From Octopus sinensis (lineage: Eukaryota), in assembly GCF_006345805.1 (NCBI RefSeq), contig NC_043001.1, positions 26,350,001-26,414,000 on the forward strand: 64,000 bases of DNA, given 5' to 3'. Position 1 is the first letter of the stretch. Every line of letters starts with the position of its first letter. The position numbers were made by a program, and so were the translations under genes. The notes below the pieces were generated by a model. The model worked only from the letters and a program-made list of their open reading frames with translations, was not told the origin of the DNA and did not search any database. Positions 13,088 through 25,623 of this stretch are shown here, piece after piece.

Positions 13088-14254
13088 TGATTTTTATTTT
13101 AAATATCCCTAGATATCCCTTGAACAAAGTGCAGTGACATATTTGCTAACATTTATGTTTGAAACATCAGTGTTATAAATTTCATTATGAATCATCATTG
13201 TTTTCCAACCTAGCACAAATTCCTTATTTTTATTTATTTATTTTATATTTTATATATTAATTTATTTACAATTTCAATTTCTAACACAGACATAATAATT
13301 AATCACAGGTTAAATCCAATCTAAATTTCACACCATTTCATATATTTCTAGGCTCATTAAACTGAACCTCCAGAAAAAGCATACATCAGTTTATTTGGTT
13401 AATAACAAGTACCATCTTTCATGAGTAGGTGATTTGCAGTAAAAGTATCATTCCACTGTAAAAATATTTATGCCAATAATATGCAAGCATGTACATTTGC
13501 TAAAAGTCATCTATCACATCCAAGCTAGCTTAAAAATAAATGGAAACAAAATCAATTTAATGATTAAATGAAAGACTAAGAGTCCATGAGGTTCTGTTTG
13601 TAACATTATTGATATTGAGAAGTATGAAAAGTGCAAAGTGTCTAGCAGAACACGGTTAAATATACTTTTAGTGAAATATGAAATTTCTGCAAGCTTTCTC
13701 CAGAAACTATTTGCAGATAACCTTATCACAAGCTGTTTACTACTAAACAAAATGAATGAAAGAGCTTTCATAAGTGCATGAGCCAAAATAAAATAAGAGA
13801 CATGTTTCTTATTTCATTTCGGTTCAGGCATAAAAAGAAATATAACAGAAAACTAATTCTAATCTTAACAATAATTAAACATTTAACAATAACCATTTTA
13901 CTTACAGATGTCAGTTAATTGTTTAAAGAGCATAATATGAAAATTGTCAGCTGAATTGATAGAAAACAAGCAAGATTAGACACAATTATAACAAGAGTAT
14001 ATACATACATTATAGCCCTTGCAAGTTTAAACCTAACGCTTTTAAGTTTCATCAACTGAATCAAAAGCCCTAGTTTCCTTCTCAAAGGTTTGAAACAGTC
14101 TGAACAGCTGCTACTCAACAAGAAAGCAACACATAACTCTCTCACTATGGAACACTGCATATTTACTGCACTGATTCACAAACCAAGGAAATACATTCTT
14201 TTTTGGTGTATATATGAAGTAAAGTTTTAGTGAAATGACCTATTCTAGGATGGT

Positions 14255-14890
14255 TTAACCCTTTAGCATTCAAACAAGCCACATCTGCCTAAATATTCTA
14301 AATATACCTGTTTTATACTCAACCAGCCAGATGCAGCCTCTCACAGCTACCCTTCTAAAAATAAACAATTATCATGAAAATCTCAGAGCTACAATATTCT
14401 TTTCTACTCTAGGTACAGGGCCCGAAATTTGGGGGCAGGGGGCCAGTCATTTAGATCAACCCCAGTATGCAACTGGTACTTAATTTATTGACTCACAAAA
14501 GGATGAAAAGCAAAGTTGACCTTGGTGGAATTTGAACTCAAAACATAAAGACAGACAAAATACCTATTTCTTTACTACCCACAAGGGGCTAAACACAGAG
14601 GGGACAAACAAGGACAGACAAACGGATTAAGTCGATTACATCGACCCCAGTGCATAACTGGTACTTAATTTATCGACCCCAAAAGGATGAAAGGCAAAGT
14701 CGACCTCGGCGGAATTTGAACTCAGAACATAAAGACAGACGAAATACCGCTACGCATTTCGCCCGGCGTGCTAACATTTCTGCCAGTTCGCCACCTTCTC
14801 AAAGCTACAATATTATGTCTGAATAATTCAAAACAGTGTGAATAAATAGGCATTACATTTGACAGGATAATCTGAATGCTGAAGGGTTGA
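14255..14890. mobile_element. piggyBac-type MITE (TTAA-CCCTTT...AAGGG-TT[G]A), interrupted by a SINE
   Basis: ttaaccctttagcattca / tgaatgctgaagggttga termini; same family as the 44050-44269 end. Confidence 0.75.
14399..14796 (-). mobile_element. Dimeric SINE family C with 18-bp target-site duplication
   Basis: Two tandem central domains; flanks tctcagagctacaatatt (14381-14398) and tctcaaagctacaatatt (14797-14814). Confidence 0.85.
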
Positions 14891-15136
14891 CCCTTTTGTT
14901 ATTATATTGTTATACTAAAATGCACCAAATGCAACATAGGTTATGACTGCCTTTATTTCAATTAATTTTTAAAAGAATGAAGAATTTAGTAAAATAACTG
15001 TTATCAAGCTAGTAACAAAATTAACATAAAATTTTGGTGGAAGCTTTTAATTTAGATCATTTTAAAACAAGAATTTTATATCATAAAACGAAGGTAGAGG
15101 TCTCAGATGGGTTGGCAGAGGTCACAAGAGAGTCAA
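14887..15136. mobile_element. Second piggyBac-type MITE family, abutting the first at a shared TTAA-like site
   Basis: Body aligns with 57809-58038 and the reverse complement of 49394-49622. Confidence 0.65.
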
Positions 15137-16028
15137 AAGATGCTCTTATGTGGATTTGGTTCCTCTGAATTTACTAGTTACAACATCTCCGCCTAAATTT
15201 ACTTGATGCTCATCTTTTAGTCTTTTTCCATTCTACTACAGTATTTACACTTTTAGTATCTTATATCAAACATTTTACCTAATCCATTCTCTCTAAAACT
15301 GCTTCGCTCTTGTCAACGATGCACTTTTTAACTATCAACTTGCAACAATTGGTTAACAATATTGTTTTTTTCTAGCTACTTTAATCTTCTAGTTATGGAA
15401 GGTTTTAAAGTACCACTTTTTTTCTCAAATAAACAAAGATTCTATTTTAAATTGATAACCTATGTTGTATGTTGCATTAGGTGCATTTTAGTATAACAAT
15501 AAATAAATCTTTAGTGAACTAATCAATGAATATCAGATAACCAATTCAAAGACTATTAAAAACAAAACAAGATTGTTTTTTTATATCATGAGTTTCTAAC
15601 ATTCTATACATTCCTCTGTATGGCGAAGAGAAAATCAAAACAATGCGCAGGATGAAATATTAGCTGTAATAACCTTTAAAACTCTGACCAAGATAACCAA
15701 ATCCATACAAAATATATACAAAGGATACCTAGTTATTAGCAAGTCATTGATGCTAACAAAGAACTTATTTTTCAATGCTTAAATCATGTTTGTGCTGAAA
15801 AGAACTCACTTCAAATGGAACAAAACATATGGAATGAATAATTCTATTTTCGGAGACATAAGGTTATTTTCACATTAAAAACAACAAAACAGAAATTTTA
15901 ATAATCTTCACAAAAATTATACAAAGTTTAAAAAATTTTCAAACAGGTTTGCTAAAACACATGGCAAGAACAGAGAATAATAATAGCTTATACACTACCA
16001 ATATATATACTGTATATTATGTAAACTG

Positions 16029-16141
16029 TTTATATTAGTCAGACTGATGTCCTCATCTTGATTGCTGCTTTCACTGTGTTTCGGCTGTTGTGCATAGTGA
16101 AAGCAACAATCAAGATGAAGCAATAGTCTGACTAATATAAA
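16029..16141. repeat. Foldback hairpin related to the hammerhead-bearing element at 43265-43383
   Basis: Arms tttatattagtcagact/agtctgactaatataaa and tcatcttgattg.tgctttcact/agtgaaagca.caatcaagatga; shares tcctcatcttg and gtttcggctg with the 43.3-kb element. Confidence 0.8.
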
Positions 16142-16300
16142 GAAGATACATAATATAAATTTCTCATCTCGGAGACATAAGATTATATATATAGTTTTGA
16201 GTCTGACAAGTCACCTATACTACTAAGCACTTTATGGGTGAGAAACCAATGGTCATCCTATGACTGGCCATAACATTTAACTCCCTAAAACTATATATAT

Positions 16301-16723
16301 GAGTGGCTGTGTGGTAAGAAGCTTGCTTCTCAAACACATGGTTCCAGGTTCAGTCCCACTGCATAGCACCTTGGGCAAGTGTCTTTTATTATAGCCTTGA
16401 GCCAACCAAAGTCTTGTGTGGATTTTGTAGATGGGAACTGAAAGAAGCTCGTCATGTATGTATGTATTTGTGTGTCTGTGTTTGTCCCGCCCCACCACCA
16501 TCACTTGACAACAAGTGTTGGTGTGTTTACATCCCCATAACTTAGTGGTTCAGTAAAAAAGACTGAAAGAATAAGTACTAGGCTTACAAAGAACAAGTCC
16601 TGGGGTCAATTTTATAGAATAAAGGCAGTGCTCCAGCGTGGCCACAGTCAAATGACTGAAACAAATAAAAGAATGCCCCAGCATGGCCGCAGCCTTTGGG
16701 CTGAAACATTTTTAAGGATTTAA

Positions 16724-16727
<4 letters not shown>
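16301..16727 (+). mobile_element. SINE family A with a second, variant tail appended
   Basis: Full head/core/tail, then a repeated ccccagcatggccgcagcc...gctgaaac segment. Confidence 0.85.
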
Positions 16728-16767
<40 letters not shown>

Positions 16768-17632
16768 ATGTATGTATATATTAGCTATACTCTACTAGTA
16801 GATGATGTTCTCTAATGAAATGTACAAAAAAGATATAATATCCTTTCTTTATGAGGCAGATAAGGTAGTTTGATAGTTAATAATACATCACAATAAAATC
16901 ACAATCTTCAAATAATAAATATCAGCATCAGAAGCATTTACACATTAATTATTGAGAGTCTTATAAACGTAGATGCACAAATAATTGCATTTATAATAAA
17001 AAAAATTTTAAAAACTATAATATTTTAGATTGAACTAAAATCAAATAAAATATCATTTTTTTTTTTTTTATTTCCCTTAACAGAAATACAAATATCTGTA
17101 GCATCTTCATCCAAAGGAATGAGTCAGATATGCCACATGCTGCTATCTTTTACTGCTAGCATTCCAGAAATAAATAGATACAAATCATGCAGACCCTGCT
17201 TTAAATTTTATGATATATCTTGTACTATAAATCCTCTAAGTTAAATATTGCAATTTAGAAATATGTTAAAGATGGTAAGAACAAATCTGATTTAATAAGT
17301 TATATTATTAAAGTATCAGTAACAACTGTAGGCATTTTGTTGGGGTAAGGAGTATTGGTAAGAAAAAAAATCTTAAATGAATTAATTCCCATATTTTGCT
17401 TGCTATTAGTCATCTTCATACTGACCAGCAACAAAATCAGCCTTGTCAAAATTTATATCCATATCCGTGATCATGCAGCATTTATAACAATGAGCAAAGA
17501 TATTAGCATATATAGTTTGGAAGAACTTTACTTCATTTCTCAAACAATATTGATATGCATTGGTAAATTATTTTGTAGAAGATTAAAGTTGAACAATATT
17601 AATAACTAAGAAATTTTCAATTATAGTCTATA

Positions 17633-18009
17633 GGCGTAGGAGTGGCTGTGTGGTAAATGCTTGCTTACGATCCACATGGTATTGGGTTCAGTTCCACTTA
17701 GGCAAGTGTCTTCTACTATAGCCTTGGGCCAACCAAAGCCTTGTGAGTGGATTTGGTAGACGGAAACTGAAAGAAGCTCATCATATATATGTATGTGTGT
17801 GTGTATGTTTGTGTGTCTGTGTTTGTCCCCCCAACATCACTTGACAACCGATGCTGGTGTGTTTACATCCCCGTAACTTAGTGGTTCTGCAAAAGAGACC
17901 GATAGAATAAGTACTAGACTTACAAAGAATAAGTCCTGGGGTCGATTTGCTCGACTAAAGGCGGTGCTCCAGTATGGCCACAGTCACATGACTGAACCAA
18001 GTAAAAGAG
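17633..18009 (+). mobile_element. SINE family A, full length
   Basis: ggcgtaggagtggctgtgtgg...gtaaaagag. Confidence 0.9.
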
Positions 18010-18119
18010 TTACATTATATTCAACATGTGTGCTATTCAGCTGTAAAAATATTTTAGATTTTTACAATTGAATAGCATACATGGTGATTATCAGAATTTA
18101 TATCAATTAATCAAATCCA

Positions 18120-18224
18120 TCATCACAGGCATGGGTGTGTGGTTAAGAAGTTCATTTTGCATCCACACGGTTTCAGGTTCAATCTCACTCTATAGCAACT
18201 TGAACAAGTGTCTTCTGCTATAGC

Positions 18225-18297
<73 letters not shown>

Positions 18298-18470
18298 GTA
18301 TATATATATATATAATATATATATATATATAATATATATATATATATATACACATATATATATATATACACATATATATATATACACACATATATATATA
18401 TATACACACATATATATATACACACATATATATATATATACACATATATATATATATATATACATATATT
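18120..18470 (-). repeat. SINE A head fragment (plus strand) followed by ~245-bp compound (TA)n/(TATG)n/(TACAC) microsatellite
   Basis: Direct reading; source of several spurious YIYI ORFs. Confidence 0.85.
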
Positions 18471-18690
18471 TTTTAATAATATACTATTATTATTAATATA
18501 AGGAAATTAATATCCAATTCATCATAAAGATATACCCGTGTGAAAGAACTTATTGTATTAAAAATATATATAAATAAAGAAATAAATATAAAAATATACA
18601 TATAATGTATAAAATAAATTTGATAGTTTAAAAGTTTTGAATTAATTATTTAAGCATCTTACAATCGTTTCATATATGTATGTATATATA

Positions 18691-18739
<49 letters not shown>

Positions 18740-18749
<10 letters not shown>

Positions 18750-18978
18750 TATATCTATGTGGATGTGTCTTTGTATCGATATTCCTCTACCCATTCTACC
18801 TAACAACCAGTGTTAGTTTATTTACATTCCTGTAACTTAGTGGCTCAGCAAAACTGACTGATAAAATAATTACCAGATTTCTTTTTAAAATATAAGCACT
18901 GGGGTTAACTAAAAAAATCCCCTTCAAGATGGTGCCCCAGCATGGCCGCAATCCAATGACTGAAACAAGTGAAAGGTA
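18740..18978 (+). mobile_element. SINE family A 3' half, decayed
   Basis: acaaccagtgttagtttatttac...ccccagcatggccgcaatccaatgactgaaacaag. Confidence 0.7.
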
Positions 18979-19334
18979 AACTGTATTTATTTCTCCATTC
19001 TAGGTATGAGTAAAATTGATTTGCAACTCAAAACCTGTTTTATGCCTTGATTCAGTGTCATTTTTATCTGTAAAACCCAATACTCCAAATGTTCTCCTTT
19101 TAAGATCTCTTCTGTCTGCTCTTAGCTTGTCTTTCAGCATTCATTTATTGTTATCTATAAACTGAATTTGATAATAAAAAACACATCTACCTAACCATAA
19201 TTACAGAACATTTGCTGGAAAGATGGCTATCTCATTTTTTATAAAAAATTTTGGACAGTTTTTAATGAAAAATGTCCCTTAAAGAAATGAACTGAAACAG
19301 TCTAGATTCGTGAATTCTGAAGCTTACAGCACTT

Positions 19335-19409
19335 AATAATAATGACAATAACAATAACAATAATAATGATAATAATAATAATAATAATAATGATAATAAT
19401 AATAATAAC
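19335..19409. repeat. (AAT)n microsatellite
   Basis: Direct reading. Confidence 0.95.
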
Positions 19410-20222
19410 AGACAAGACATTCGTAAACATGGCTTTGAGAGGAAAAATGTGTAATTTCTGTTGGTGCTTTTATAAAGAACATTTCAAATAAAAGTTCTTA
19501 TGATTCATGTTTTATTTTCTAAATTTGACATTTTATAACTATATACCTAACAGTACACAATATAGTTTCTTTCGATATAAATATAGCTCAACATTGAAAT
19601 GTAAATCATATTTTATGAATGCTTACAGTAGGCAACATAATAGTCCTGACTAATATATTTTAGTTCAGGTCATAATGTGTATATAAGTTAGAAAAAGCAT
19701 ATGTAAATAAATACACATATACACACACAATATATCAAAGCACACCTACAAATATACAAAGGCAAGTACACAAAGAAGTGAGCTTTTCAAACAGCTTATA
19801 GTGATTTTTCAACTTGGCACAATCATATTCACACAGTTATTTGGTGTTGTATTAGAAAAAAAAAACAGTTTAATAATAATAATAATAATAATAATAATAT
19901 TGTTAACTTGAGTCTTGAGACTATATTTATAAATGACAGTGAATTGGCATGAATATAACAATAAAAACCCTCCAGAAATACCTTTCATATCAATTCAACC
20001 AAAAGTTGAACATGTACTTCTTTCCAAAACGAATAATAACAATAAATAATTTCTTATAAAGATCTACAGAAATTTCTTGATTAAGAGAATAAGCCAAATG
20101 ATAATTATCAGGTCACACAAAGACAGCAAGGCAATTTGTTTACAGACACCCACCCACACACGGAAATACACTTATATGGAAGAAATAATTCCGTTACATG
20201 ACACACACACAAAAACGCACTT

Positions 20223-20648
20223 GAGATCTTTTCGGTTTGAACAGCAGTTTTTAAAAATAATTTCCACGTAACTAAACACTTTTATACTTCGTATACTGGT
20301 AGAATGTGTTTATAAAACATTTTTTTCTCTTGACTTTATTAAGAAAATTCTATAGTTTGTAAGATATTTGTTATTTTTCTTCAATTCCTGCAATTTCAAC
20401 CAATCAATGACGTCTATTGAGGTAAAAACATTCTGTGCCGTATGAATATGTCCCTCTTTTGAGAAACAGATTAGGTTTATTTACATTTCTGAAGAAAAAA
20501 AGATACCCTTCCCCCCACCCCTAACCCTAACTAACCCTAACCCTAAAACAGATTGAAATGCAATAGATCGATACTAGGGTCATAATTATGGGTGACAATT
20601 TCATATGACACTGCTAGAAAAAACTGCCGGTCAAACCAAAAAGATCCC
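20223..20648. mobile_element. Non-autonomous TIR element (~30-bp TIRs) containing telomere-like (CCCTAA)n
   Basis: gagatcttttcggtttgaacagcagttttt vs reverse complement of aaaaaactgccggtcaaaccaaaaagatccc; flanks gcactt/acactt; ccctaaccctaactaaccctaaccctaa at 20518-20546. Confidence 0.75.
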
Positions 20649-21220
20649 ACACTTGTATGGATGAAATAATTTCATCACATGTCCTATATGAAATTTTATG
20701 ATACATATCCTACTTGAAATTTTATCACGACAAAGTGTCTAGATTTAAGTTATGTAAGCCCCACCTGTATTATTTTTTTTTTTTCTGAGTTGGTAACAAA
20801 TAGAGTTTGAAGGATATTGTTTTCCTTTATAGGGAAATAATACTTCCGCTTAATTAAAATACAAACATATCTCAACTTGAGTCATTTTGAGTTATGTCTT
20901 TTTGGACTTTGCATAATTTTTAAAAGAAATTCAAGGGGGTAAAATAAGCTTCAATTTCAGTCCATTTATCCAACATTACATTAGTCTCAGTGAACATGTT
21001 TAAAAGCATTAAAATTTTTAAAAACACACCTAAAAACCAATACTGATGTGAGAAAATCAAAATGCTTGTTAAAATATGTACAAACAGATATAAGCTAATA
21101 AATTTTTTAAATGTATTTTTGTGTTACGTTGCTTTTTTTTTCTTTGTTGAGTCACATGTTTTGGAACCAATTACCGACTAAGAAGAGGTACACCTGCATG
21201 AGGAATAGTTTGCAGATATA

Positions 21221-22017
21221 CGAGGTCTGATCAATAAGTATCCGGACTGTTGGCATAGTAAGAAAGCTAAAGTATGCTGAATCATCACTTGACAAAGATC
21301 GACCTTGAACTCTGCTGTGTTTTAACGTTCTAACTCACTTCTGCTGTTTACAGCAGTGCTTAGAAGGAAGGTGCGCAACGTGTGATCATCGCGTTGTCAT
21401 GGCAATACCTGTTCAGAGGCCTACGCAAGGTTGCAGAAAGTGTATGGAGAGGAGTGTATAAGCCGCACACAAATGTACAAGTAGTTTAGACAGCCAAAAA
21501 AATGTCGATATTGATGAATGTTCTGGGAGACCTGCAACCAGCAGAACTGAGAAAAACATTTTATCAAAGTTATCAGAGAATGTGCAGATTAGTTACAGTT
21601 CAGTTCAGTCCATTATCACTGAAGATTTGAGTATGAGATGCATGTCTGCCAAGTTTCTGTCAAAACTGCTTTCAGCTAATCAAAAAGACACTTGGGTTTC
21701 AGTTGCACAAGATCTCCTTGATTGTGTAAAGAATGATGAAAACTTTGTGTAGGCCTTTGAGCAGGTATCGCCATGCTTTTGCCAAAATTTGATGCAGATT
21801 CTTTGCCCAACTTTCCTTGTCATGGTCAATGCAACGATCACATGCTACACACCTTCCTCTCAAGCACTGCTGTAAACAACAGAAGTGAGCCAGAATGTTA
21901 AATCTTGGTATGCATACACAGCAGAGTTCAAGATTAATTTGTGTCAAGTGGCTTCACTCTGCATGCTTTAACTTTGTTACTATGGTAACAGTCCGGATAC
22001 TTATTGATCAAACCACG
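21221..22017. mobile_element. Non-autonomous Tc1/mariner derivative with TA target duplication and very long inverted ends
   Basis: TA|cgaggtctgatcaataagtatccggactgtt ... aacagtccggatacttattgatcaaaccacg|TA. Confidence 0.92.
21398..21746 (+). pseudogene. Mariner transposase N-terminal (HTH) remnant
   Basis: HGNTCSEAYARLQKVYGEECISRTQMYK*F...SGRP...I ITEDLSMRCMSAKFLSKLLSANQKDTWVSVAQDLLDCVKNDENF, typical mariner N-terminal motifs; in-frame stop and deletions. Confidence 0.85.
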
Positions 22018-22257
22018 TACATGTAAACATTATACTCTGAGTATTCAAGTACATCACCATCATAATCATCATTCCATGCCTATTTTTCCAAAATGGCATG
22101 GGTTAGTGCATTTCACAGTATCATCTAACAAATACATCAACAAGAAAAAGTAGCCAACTCTATTTTCAGTGTCTATCATGTTATCATGTTAGTCGAAGTA
22201 ATCGACTCACCTCCTTCCCCAAAATTGCTGCCCTTGTGGCAAAATTTGAAATCATTG

Positions 22258-22812
22258 TTGTTATTATTATTATTATTATTATGTGAGAGAGCAGTGCATG
22301 CCATCAAAGTAACACTGGGGTAAAATATACAAAGCCCAATATACCCATCATGACTACCCGTCTAACGAGGGTACACCAGGCACATGCATCACAACCATAT
22401 ATGTGTGACATGCTGATCTCATATCTAGATAAACAGCATATGACCCTGCAGGTGAGGCCCTGTTAGAATTTTTTTCAGGTCAAGTATCCCACTCAAAAGA
22501 TCCCTGAATAATGTTTCTTTAAGGATGATGAACAAAACACCCAAGTTTCCAGAGGTAAATTATTCAAGCCCCAAAGAATTCCTCTCAACGCATGGCTATG
22601 ATGCTCCGCAACTACTTCTGCTCATGATCAGAGATGCACATATTGTCAGCCACTAAGGGACATGCTCAACTGGTTAAGGTCAAACAACTGACAAGCAAAT
22701 CTATGGTATTGAGCAGAATATTTACTGTAGCCCATCTTTCATACCAAAACAAAACAATGTACATGATAACACTTCCAATCAGTCACTGCCTGGTACTGCA
22801 TCAAGGCATATA
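22258..22812 (-). mobile_element. Unclassified interspersed retroposon-like repeat with (AAT)n tail
   Basis: GC-richer block bounded by a (TAT)n run; no ORF; family unassigned. Confidence 0.45.
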
Positions 22813-22821
22813 TTATTAGTA

Positions 22822-23173
22822 TTACCTTGCCTTATCGAAGGTGGAGGTATTGTTTTCAGTCATATTTGTTTGTTTGTTGGTTGGTTGGTTGGTACATGGA
22901 CAAGATACCACAAGAAACACTAGATGAATTCAAGGATGTTTGGCCTCGTGACTGATTAGATTTTGGGATCAATCCAGTACCAGACAAGGATTCTGGATTT
23001 ATATTTCCTGTTTTTTTACTTAATTTTTGAGAGCGGTCAGGTTCATTTTTAGTATTCTCTTTGTGAGAGCAGTCGAGTTTATTTCAGATATTCTTATCTT
23101 AAAAATCATCTCTGGTTAATCATTGAGAGGACGTTGGTGTTGCCTTGACAGAGGTTTGCACTCTCTGAGTTCT
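22822..23173 (+). mobile_element. Non-autonomous element with subterminal inverted repeats, internal (GTTT/GGTT)n and a 3' stem-loop (HINE/DINE-1-like or CryptonV-like)
   Basis: 5' ttaccttgcc...ggtggaggta, 3' ccttgacagaggtttgcactctctgagt; architecture recalled from such families, not verified. Confidence 0.45.
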
Positions 23174-24019
23174 CGTTATTATTATTATTATTATTATCAT
23201 TATTATTAGTAGTAGTAAGGAATATTCCACCACCAACCACCATCACTCCAAAAAAGAAAAAAAAAAGGCAGATTAGTGCTTAGTGACCAATAGTTGGCAA
23301 CAAAAATCAGAAATATTATAAGAAAGGTAAATGCAAAAAATTAGAAATACTAACAGAAAGGTAGACGAGAAAATTAGATTTATTTAGCCAAGAAATAAAC
23401 TATGAGTAAGTGGTTTGTTTACATACTGTACCATGAGGATGAAAAAACATGAAGTATTTCAAATTACAAGACAGTGTGTTTGTATGAATGGAGAAGAGTG
23501 TGTCTAAACAAGACTATTCTGTACATTCTCATAACACAGTGATAAGAAAGGAGAAGCAAAGGAATGTTACTTTGGGATTTAGTTAAATTAAAAATATGAA
23601 TGGGATAACAGCAAAAAGAAAACACTATCCCCAATAGAACTAACGTAAGGTCTATCCTTAGAAGCTAGCTCACTCATAGTGAAGCAATTACAAAGATAAA
23701 GTTAGGCCCATCAGAGATGTTGGTGAGATGCTAAAAGCATCAGGCTATGTTGATACTATGAAACTTAGACAGTTACAGACAGTTAATCATACACTGAAGT
23801 AAGATGCCATCCCTAATTACTAGCTGAGTAGTATCATCATCTACAATTATAAAAGTGAAAAAGATGCACTTGAGAGGGAAAAGTACTGAAACCTCAAACT
23901 GGTGTATCAAGATTTGAACATAGGTGTGAGTACCCTTAAAAGTTGTTCAGAATAAGGATAGCTCAAGTTTGTGTAAATAAATATAATCACAGTCATGAGA
24001 GAAATTCTTGTCTTTGCTT

Positions 24020-24414
24020 TGCTTGTGTTACTAAGAAGCATACTTCCCAACCATGTGGTGTCAGGTACAGTTCCACGGCATGACACTTTGAGCAAATGCT
24101 TTGAACAATAGTCCTGAGTCAACCAAGGCCTTGTAAGTGGATTTGGTAGACAAAAACTAAAAGAAATCCATCATATGTGAGTGTGTGGATGGGAAGGTAT
24201 GTGTTTCTTTGTTTTGACATCATGGTATAGTTATAAACAAGCATTACCATCATAAAAGTGAAGTCCATCATAAAAGTGTGTCAGGCCACAATGAAATATA
24301 ACTTTGCTTAGAAACAGGAAGTGCATCTGGCCATAGAAAATCTACTTCAACAAATTCCATCTGACCTATGCAAACATGGGAAAGTGGGAGCACTGATAAA
24401 GGTGATGATGATGC
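24020..24414 (+). mobile_element. SINE A2 (family A head/core with RTE-type tail)
   Basis: ggccttgtaagtggatttggtagac core; 3' end cctatgcaaacatgggaaagtg...(gat)n. Confidence 0.7.
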
Positions 24415-24449
24415 ATCCATCCACCAAGAAGATCTTTCACAAGACTTCA

Positions 24450-25390
24450 TGCTCACTTATCTCATTGACACTGAGAAAACTAGAGGTGCATGATTGGTTA
24501 AAGGACAATCAACCCATATACAAAGATATAGTAGGAAAGGTCTTTGCCTTCATTCCCCTTCAGTTTATTAGAGTTCCTGAAGTAATAATATTTTCATATG
24601 CTGATGACTTACTTGTCAATGTAGAATCAGTTGAACAGTTGCAGGAGAATTTCCAAAGCTTAACAAAATAGTATAGACTCGAAAAGCATAGCAAATACAG
24701 AAGTTATATTTAGTAATAGAGAACACAGAGTAACATATGAAAAGTGATCTTGAAATGCAGTAGGAAGTGGGTAAAAATAAATACTGTGTACTTGATGCAA
24801 GCAAAAATTACACAAAAGATGCTATAAGAGCTCTGGCAGATGGACAGTGAACTAGGATTTATATATGAGCCAGATGCACAAGAGTAGTTAGCAGTAGAGT
24901 CACAAAGACCATGAACTGTTCATATGACTCATTAAAATATAATTTCTGTTACCTAGGTGACCTAATTAGTGATAAAAAAAAAAAAAGAGAAAACGAAAAG
25001 GGATTGAAAGAATTCATAGAGTTGTTACCTTTGTTGGCAACAAAAGATACTTCTGTCTTGTGTTGCAAAGCAGAGCAGACTATGCATAAAGAATGGGTAT
25101 TGACTAGGAAAGATCTTTATGGGGACTGGAGAGAGATATGGTTATTTGATTGAGTAAGATTAATGTGCATGAACGGTTAAATGAAAAATTAACTGAGAGA
25201 GTAACTGGACATAAAAGCATCAGTTAATGTATATTAGAGAGACAATTGTAGCTGAATGGATGAGTAATGCTACTGAACAGTGTGTGTTAAGTTTGAAAGA
25301 TGCTGTGTGCTAACAGTAGAAAATGACCAAAGACACGAGGGGAAAAAAATGGTGAGGTCAACTCTCAGGATTATGTCACAGGATTGATCA
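24450..25390 (+). mobile_element. Highly decayed RTE LINE RT region
   Basis: LRKLEVHDWL...SYADDLL..ESVEQLQENF, then FCYLGDLIS and ELLPLLATK remnants, colinear with the young RTE ORF. Confidence 0.8.
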
Positions 25391-25415
25391 GAGTGACAAT
25401 ATATCATACTGCAAA

Positions 25416-25623
25416 GGTGGTGAGCTGGCAGAAACGTTATCACGCCGGGCGAAATGCTTAGCAGTATTTCGTCTGTTTTTAAGTTCAAATTCTACCGAGG
25501 TCGACTTTGTCTTTCATCCTTTCGGGGTCAATAAATTAAGTACCAGTTGCATACTGGGGTCAATCTAATCGACAAGCCTCCTCCCCCAAAATTTCGGACC
25601 TTCTGCCTTGAGTAGAAAAGAAT
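25416..25623 (+). mobile_element. SINE family C, full length
   Basis: ggtggtgagctggcagaaacg...gttcaaattc (B-box-like)...ctttcatcctttcggggtcaataaattaagtaccag...gagtagaaaagaat. Confidence 0.85.

Noticed and set aside
18123-18496. Cluster of overlapping YIYI/MCVY ORFs (also 28611-29100, 45810-46205, 46401-46942)
   Set aside because: Translations of stop-free (TA)n/(CA)n microsatellites, not genes
19030-19145. Minus-strand 46-codon ORF MLKDKLRADRRDLKRRTFGVLGF...
   Set aside because: Short, no good donor site, no recognised family
20518-20546. True telomere or chromosome fusion scar
   Set aside because: Only ~4 units, embedded within a TIR element
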